The notes under the pieces were generated by a model. The model was given only the letters and a program-made list of their open reading frames with translations, was not told the origin of the DNA and searched no databases. Of a DNA stretch of 64,000 nt, positions 58,983 to 64,000 are shown one piece after another (within the stretch, counting starts at the first letter, position 1; each line of letters starts with the position of its first letter). This stretch comes from Candidatus Omnitrophota bacterium (GTDB lineage: Bacteria > Omnitrophota > Gorgyraeia > 2-02-FULL-51-18). Position numbers and translations under genes: made by a program. Where the stretch lies: the NCBI GenBank assembly GCA_945877765.1, contig CAMDWQ010000007.1, positions 23,024-87,023 on the forward strand. The letters are read 5' to 3'.

Positions 58983-60110
58983 TTAAACCAAAAATTCGAG
59001 AATTTCTCTTGCTGCGTTTTCTGCGGCGCCGCCGTGGCCTAATTTGTCTGAAATTTCCGAGAGGTCCTTTTTCATTTTTTCCTGGAGGAGGGGCTGGGTG
59101 ATGATTTCGATCGCTTTAGCGGCAAATTTGTCGGCGGTGGCGTCGTATTGGAGAAGTTCGGGCATTGCCATGTGGCCCAAGACGAGATTGGGAAGACCCA
59201 GATAGGGAACGCGCAGCAAAGCCCGTGCGGCCAAGTACGTGATGATTCCGGCGCGGTTGGTGATGATCATTGGGGTGCCTAAAAGCGCGCATTCAAGTGT
59301 GGCGGTGCCGGAACAAACCAATGCCAAAAGACTGGCTTGAATAGTTTCTTGGGGGTCACTCTCGATGAGTTCCAGCGGCAATTTTCGTCCTTTTAGATAA
59401 GGCGCATAATAATCTACTGGAAGCGTCGGAGACTTAATCAGCTTAAAAGTAAGCTCCGGAAATTGGGTGTGAATTTTTTTGGCGGCGTCGAGCATGATGG
59501 GCAAAAGGACGCTCACTTCATTTTTTCGCGATCCCGGTAATAGGGAGATCTGGCGCTGGGGGACGCAGCTTTCATTTTTACGGATACTATCCTTGAGCGG
59601 ATGGCCTACAAACGCGACAGGTACCCCATACTCCTCATAAATCGATTTTTCAAATTCAAATACGACGAGCATTTTTCGCACGGTCTGGCGAATTTTGAAA
59701 ACCCTATTTTTTTTCCAGGCCCAAATCTGCGGTGAAATGTAGTAGATGACAGGGATCTGCCACTCATTAATCTTTTTGGCTAGGTACAAGTTGAAGCCGG
59801 GGTTGTCGATGAGGACCACTAGATCTGGTTTTCGTTTTTGAATGCTCGTCAGAATGATTTTGGCGGCGTTTTGGTACTGGGGGATCTTGCGGATGGCTTG
59901 CGTGATACCGGTGACGTGAAAATGGGCCAGGTCAAAAAAGTCGCCGACGCCAGCCGCCTTGATTTTGTCGCCGCCTGAGCCGTAAAAAACCAGAGGTTGT
60001 TTTGAAAAAAGCTTTAGCGCCTCAATGAGCCGAGCGCCGTGGCTATCGCCGGAAGCTTCACCGACAATGACGTAAATTTTTTTTTCAGGCACGGGACAGC
60101 TCCCCAACAA
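58983..60110 (-). CDS. lpxB: Lipid-A-disaccharide synthase
   Basis: GEASGD, IDNPGFN, YYISPQIWAW, VGHPL, LPGSR, SGTATLE. Confidence 0.95.
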   Translation of the reverse strand: MLGSCPVPEKKIYVIVGEASGDSHGARLIEALKLFSKQPLVFYGSGGDKIKAAGVGDFFDLAHFHVTGITQAIRKIPQYQNAAKIILTSIQKRKPDLVVLIDNPGFNLYLAKKINEWQIPVIYYISPQIWAWKKNRVFKIRQTVRKMLVVFEFEKSIYEEYGVPVAFVGHPLKDSIRKNESCVPQRQISLLPGSRKNEVSVLLPIMLDAAKKIHTQFPELTFKLIKSPTLPVDYYAPYLKGRKLPLELIESDPQETIQASLLALVCSGTATLECALLGTPMIITNRAGIITYLAARALLRVPYLGLPNLVLGHMAMPELLQYDATADKFAAKAIEIITQPLLQEKMKKDLSEISDKLGHGGAAENAAREILEFLV

Positions 60111-60112
60111 AT

Positions 60113-61057
60113 TTAGAATTTGATATAGTTGGATTCTTTTTTAATTTGGTTAGTGATGCGAAGCGCTAAGGCTAGCGCGTCACGGCCTTCTTCACCGGAT
60201 ACCAGGGGCTTTTTTTTATGCCGGATGCAGTCGACAAAATCAGAGAGCTCTGCTTTGAGCGAGTCCTGGCGGGTGATGTCGATTTTTTGCTGGTGAAGCC
60301 TGCCATTTTTTTTGGTGTGAATAAACGCTTCTTGTTTGACATAGTCCATTGAAATATAAGCATTGTCTTGGAAGATTCTGATTTTACGGGTCACTTCGGC
60401 GCTCATGCGGCTGGCGGTGAGGTCACAGACGATGTTGCCTCCAAAATGAATCCGCGCATTGGCGATGTCTTCAGTCTCGGAGAGAATAAAAGCGCCGACG
60501 GATTCGACGCTCTTGATCGGTGCCTTGACCAGATCCAATACAATATCGATGTCGTGAATCATCAAGTCTAGTGTGACACCGGTACGCGCAACCCGTGGAT
60601 CGTAGGGCCCTACGCGCTGACACTCGATGAAGCGCGGGTTTTTGATCATATTTTTGATGGTCCGGATGGCGGAGTTGAAGCGTTCGATATGACCTACTTG
60701 AATGGTCAGGCGATTTTTTTTGGCCAGGGCCAGAAGTTTGTTGGCGTCGCTGAGTTTGGTGGTAATTGGTTTTTCGATTAAAAGATGGACGTCGTTTTCG
60801 AGGAAATTTTTGGAAAGCCGGTAGTGAATCTCAGAAGGAACCACAATGCTCGCGGCATCGATGAGCCCTAAAAGCTTGCGATAATCAGTGAATGCTTTGG
60901 TGTGACATAGATCCGCTACTTCTTGAGCGCGGTCTTCATGGGTGTCGCAGACCCCGACGAGTTGGACCCCCGCCATTTTGGAATACACTTCCGCATGGCG
61001 CGCGCCTAGCCGTCCCAGGCCAACAACAGCTACTTTGATCGGTCGATTGGTGCTCAT
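60113..61057 (-). CDS. Gfo/Idh/MocA oxidoreductase (GnnA-like)
   Basis: VVGLGRLG, LIEKP, VGHIERFN, DLMIHDID; co-oriented with lpxB. Confidence 0.85.
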   Translation of the reverse strand: MSTNRPIKVAVVGLGRLGARHAEVYSKMAGVQLVGVCDTHEDRAQEVADLCHTKAFTDYRKLLGLIDAASIVVPSEIHYRLSKNFLENDVHLLIEKPITTKLSDANKLLALAKKNRLTIQVGHIERFNSAIRTIKNMIKNPRFIECQRVGPYDPRVARTGVTLDLMIHDIDIVLDLVKAPIKSVESVGAFILSETEDIANARIHFGGNIVCDLTASRMSAEVTRKIRIFQDNAYISMDYVKQEAFIHTKKNGRLHQQKIDITRQDSLKAELSDFVDCIRHKKKPLVSGEEGRDALALALRITNQIKKESNYIKF

Positions 61058-61149
61058 AGCGGGGTATTGTAGCATGAACGTTAAGCCGTGGCGAGGGTGC
61101 CTCAGGAGTGACGAAGCAAATCGTATATGATATGATGCACGAGGAAAAA

Positions 61150-62976
61150 TTGATGAAAAAAGACAATCATTACGGACGAATGATCTCCTACGTAAAGCCG
61201 CATCTCAACCGGCTTTATATGGCTTTTGGAGCGATGATTTTTAACTCGCTTCTTTCAGGGCTTCCTATTATTGGTCTTATCATTCCCTTCGTCGATACCA
61301 TTCTTGCCGGGAAGCCGGTGGTGATTCCTAGTAACAAATATATTCCCCCATTTGCTTTAGACATGATTCACCACATCAATTCGCTTCCAAGGTTGGACCT
61401 CTTAAACCTGATTATTATCTGGACGATAGGGTTGTCGTTTTTGCGTCTTTTTTTTGAATATTTGCAGTCCTATTTTATGAATGATGTCAGCCAAGGAGTG
61501 ATTCGCGATTTAAGAAATACGGTTTATGAAAAAATTATTGGGTTGCCTTTAAGTTTTTTTGGAAAATCGCAGACGGGGATGCTGGTGTCGAGGATTACCC
61601 ACGATACGACCGTGGTGCGCGACGCCATCTCAGAGGGGCTCACGGATTTTCTTTTTCAGCCAGTGCAGATACTCGTCAATATTTTTGTGCTCCTATCGGT
61701 CAAATACATGTTTAACATTCCCTGGTCGCTGGTGTTTGTGATTTTTGTGCTGTTGCCGCTGGTCATCTATCCGGTGATGCGTGTGGGACGGCGTCTTAAA
61801 AAAATCAGCCGCTCAAGCCAAGAGCAGGTGGCGACGATCAACTCGACGTTGTTTGAATCCATCTCCGGCATCCGCATTGTGCAGGGATTTGGTATGGAAA
61901 ATTATGAAAAGGAACGGTTTCGCCGGCAAAACCAGGATCTTTACAAGACGCTCATGCTTTCGATTAGCCGCATGATTATTGTGAGCCCGCTTACGGAATT
62001 TATCGGGTTTATTTGCCTGGGAGTCGTCCTGTGGATCGGGGGAAAGCTCGTGGTCGATACGCACATGTCTCCGGGTGCTTTCATTGCATTTTTGGTGGCG
62101 CTGTTTTCTCTGCTAAGGCCGTTTAAACGGCTCTCTCGAGTGCACGGGATCAATCAGCATGCGCTCGCCGCCGCGGAAAGAATTTTTGAGATATTAGATA
62201 CACCGAATGAAATCGTTGAAAAGGAAGGCGCTAAAAATCTTGCACCGATTAAAAAAGAAATTGAGTTTCAAAATATTTCGTTTAGTTACGGCGAGAAGAC
62301 TATTTTTTCTAAAGTGAATTTTCGTGCCAAGAACGGTGAAATTATCGCGATTGTCGGACCCAGCGGCGCGGGGAAGACTAGTCTGGTGAATCTTATGCCC
62401 CGATTCTACGATCCTACCGCAGGTAAAATTCTCATCGATGGCGTGGATTTACGAGAGGTGACGATCAAGTCGCTTAGGGCGCAAATCGGAATCGTGACCC
62501 AGGAAACGACCTTGTTCAATGACACGGTCAGTGCCAATATCGCTTATGGCCGGTCTAAAACTGCCCAAGGGGATATTGAAGCCGCCGCGCGCATTGCCAA
62601 CGCGCATGATTTTATTATGAAATTGCCGCTACAGTACCAGACGATGGTCGGGGACCGCGGGGTAAGGCTTTCGGGCGGCGAGAGGCAGCGGATATCGATT
62701 GCCCGCGCTGTCATGAAGAACCCGCCGCTTTTAATTTTAGATGAAGCGACCTCCGCGCTGGATTCGGAGTCGGAGCTTCTGGTGCAGGAAGCCATTCATA
62801 ACCTGATGAAGGGTAGGACGGTGCTCGTCATTGCCCACCGGTTTTCAACCATCAAGGACGCCAGCCGAATTCTTGTCGTGAATGAAGGATCTATCGCCGA
62901 AATGGGCACCCATGAGGAGCTCATGAAGCAAAACGGCGTCTACCGACGCCTTTATGAGCTGCAGTTTAAGGTCTAA
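61150..62976 (+). CDS. msbA: MsbA-like lipid A flippase ABC transporter
   Basis: TM domain fused to NBD: GPSGAGKT, LSGGERQR, LDEATSALD; lipid A gene context. Confidence 0.82.
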   Translation: MMKKDNHYGRMISYVKPHLNRLYMAFGAMIFNSLLSGLPIIGLIIPFVDTILAGKPVVIPSNKYIPPFALDMIHHINSLPRLDLLNLIIIWTIGLSFLRLFFEYLQSYFMNDVSQGVIRDLRNTVYEKIIGLPLSFFGKSQTGMLVSRITHDTTVVRDAISEGLTDFLFQPVQILVNIFVLLSVKYMFNIPWSLVFVIFVLLPLVIYPVMRVGRRLKKISRSSQEQVATINSTLFESISGIRIVQGFGMENYEKERFRRQNQDLYKTLMLSISRMIIVSPLTEFIGFICLGVVLWIGGKLVVDTHMSPGAFIAFLVALFSLLRPFKRLSRVHGINQHALAAAERIFEILDTPNEIVEKEGAKNLAPIKKEIEFQNISFSYGEKTIFSKVNFRAKNGEIIAIVGPSGAGKTSLVNLMPRFYDPTAGKILIDGVDLREVTIKSLRAQIGIVTQETTLFNDTVSANIAYGRSKTAQGDIEAAARIANAHDFIMKLPLQYQTMVGDRGVRLSGGERQRISIARAVMKNPPLLILDEATSALDSESELLVQEAIHNLMKGRTVLVIAHRFSTIKDASRILVVNEGSIAEMGTHEELMKQNGVYRRLYELQFKV

Positions 62977-62994
62977 AAAATCTGCCGGCGAGAC

Positions 62995-64000
62995 TGTTAC
63001 CGATTTTTCAAAAGTGCACTCTTTCCAAATCAAAAGTGCACTACCTTAAGATCACTGTTTTTAGCTCTCTGAAAATCCAAAAGTTTATTTTTATTCCAAA
63101 ATCTGACTTCGGACATTTGATGGCTTAAAGGATAAATTCGGATGTCCATCGCCTGCCGTGGCAGAGTGTTTTTGACTTGGAACTTAGCATCATTAATCGA
63201 CACCCGGCAATAAGGATCAGTCAGTCGCCCCATCCGAAGACAAAAGATGTCTTTGATCGATTCATATGGTGCCTGGAGTTTAAATTCACGGAATAAGGAT
63301 CGTTTTTCTTTCAACGCTCTTTGAAAACGAAGATAAGGAATCTCGCCGGTTGTGGAATGCAGACGCTTATAGTTGTACTGGTATACTTCAAAGCTCAAGA
63401 TACGATTGGCTTGGGCGATGGTTCTGATATTCTCCCGAACGCAGGTGCGGACCAAGTGATCCTGCAACCATCGGTAAGGCCGCTCGATCTTGCCTTTGGC
63501 TTGGGGCGAGAGCGCATAGATGGGCTTGATTCCCAGGTCCAGGAGAACTTTCTTCCACTGGGTATCAACATCATCGGTCAATAAATGATGCCGGTAATGG
63601 ATCTCATCCCGACCCCGGACAAAGCGAAAGATTGAATGTGAGTCCACATAAAACGAGAAGGGAAGCCCATACTTTAAAACAAGCGTTTGTAGAGCGAGAA
63701 TGTGGGTCCAGACAGTTTCTTTGGGCACCAGTGCCGCATAAAAGAGGAAGCGGCTAAAGTCATCAAGAGACGTGATGAGGTACCATTTTTCTTTGGAGTC
63801 CGGCGCCCACAAGTGATGCGAGGAGTCATGCTGAATCAGTTCTCCGGTGTAATTTGTCAGAACTTCTCTGTCGTGAATTTTTTTCTTTTTGTTTTTAAAA
63901 TAAAACCCGTGTTCTTTGGCGCGATTGATAATGGTGGATACAGACACTTCCTCACCATGTTTTTCAAAAAGCCTTTGTTTGACATAACTGTAGTTGTAGC
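62995..64000 (-). mobile_element. ISNCY / IS1202-like insertion sequence, one end only (truncated by window end)
   Basis: Terminal TGT at 62995; TCAAAAGTGCACT repeated at 63008 and 63030; contains a DDE transposase. Confidence 0.7.
63030..64000 (-). CDS. DDE transposase, 5' part outside the window
   Basis: GELIQHDSSHHLW, LDDFSR, FYVDSH, SPQAKGKIER; frame open to the window edge. Confidence 0.88.
   Translation of the reverse strand, partial: YNYSYVKQRLFEKHGEEVSVSTIINRAKEHGFYFKNKKKKIHDREVLTNYTGELIQHDSSHHLWAPDSKEKWYLITSLDDFSRFLFYAALVPKETVWTHILALQTLVLKYGLPFSFYVDSHSIFRFVRGRDEIHYRHHLLTDDVDTQWKKVLLDLGIKPIYALSPQAKGKIERPYRWLQDHLVRTCVRENIRTIAQANRILSFEVYQYNYKRLHSTTGEIPYLRFQRALKEKRSLFREFKLQAPYESIKDIFCLRMGRLTDPYCRVSINDAKFQVKNTLPRQAMDIRIYPLSHQMSEVRFWNKNKLLDFQRAKNSDLKVVHF

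Overview
Mostly + strand housekeeping region of a diderm bacterium. It carries glmS, ppc, aguBA, a pur cluster, glyA, hisG, an ftsH-family gene, ispE-tRNA-Gln, clpX-glmU-prs-rplY-pth-rpsF-ssb-rpsR-rplI-dnaB, bamA-skp-lpxDC-fabZ-lpxA-lpxI, glnA, lpxB and msbA, and ends in a truncated ISNCY/IS1202-like transposase. Gene content and the style of the large secreted protein suggest Candidatus Omnitrophota (inference only). Three things stand out. (1) A 1928-aa signal-peptide protein (13133-18919) has a Tiki/ChaN/EreA-like N-terminal domain followed by unrelated modules, one of them a complete hexokinase, separated by eight [AG][AS]RL[AS] motifs; it is a candidate self-processing cargo polyprotein. 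(2) More than 25 palindromic REP-like units from several families fill many intergenic gaps, enter purL, rsmI, glmU and a YopX gene in frame, and in one case supply a ribosome-binding site. (3) Smaller items missed by the ORF track: a 31-aa bS22-like gene, a pth gene with no canonical start codon, a 240-nt four-way-junction element, and a terminator-containing hisG leader. All calls are by eye, without database searches.
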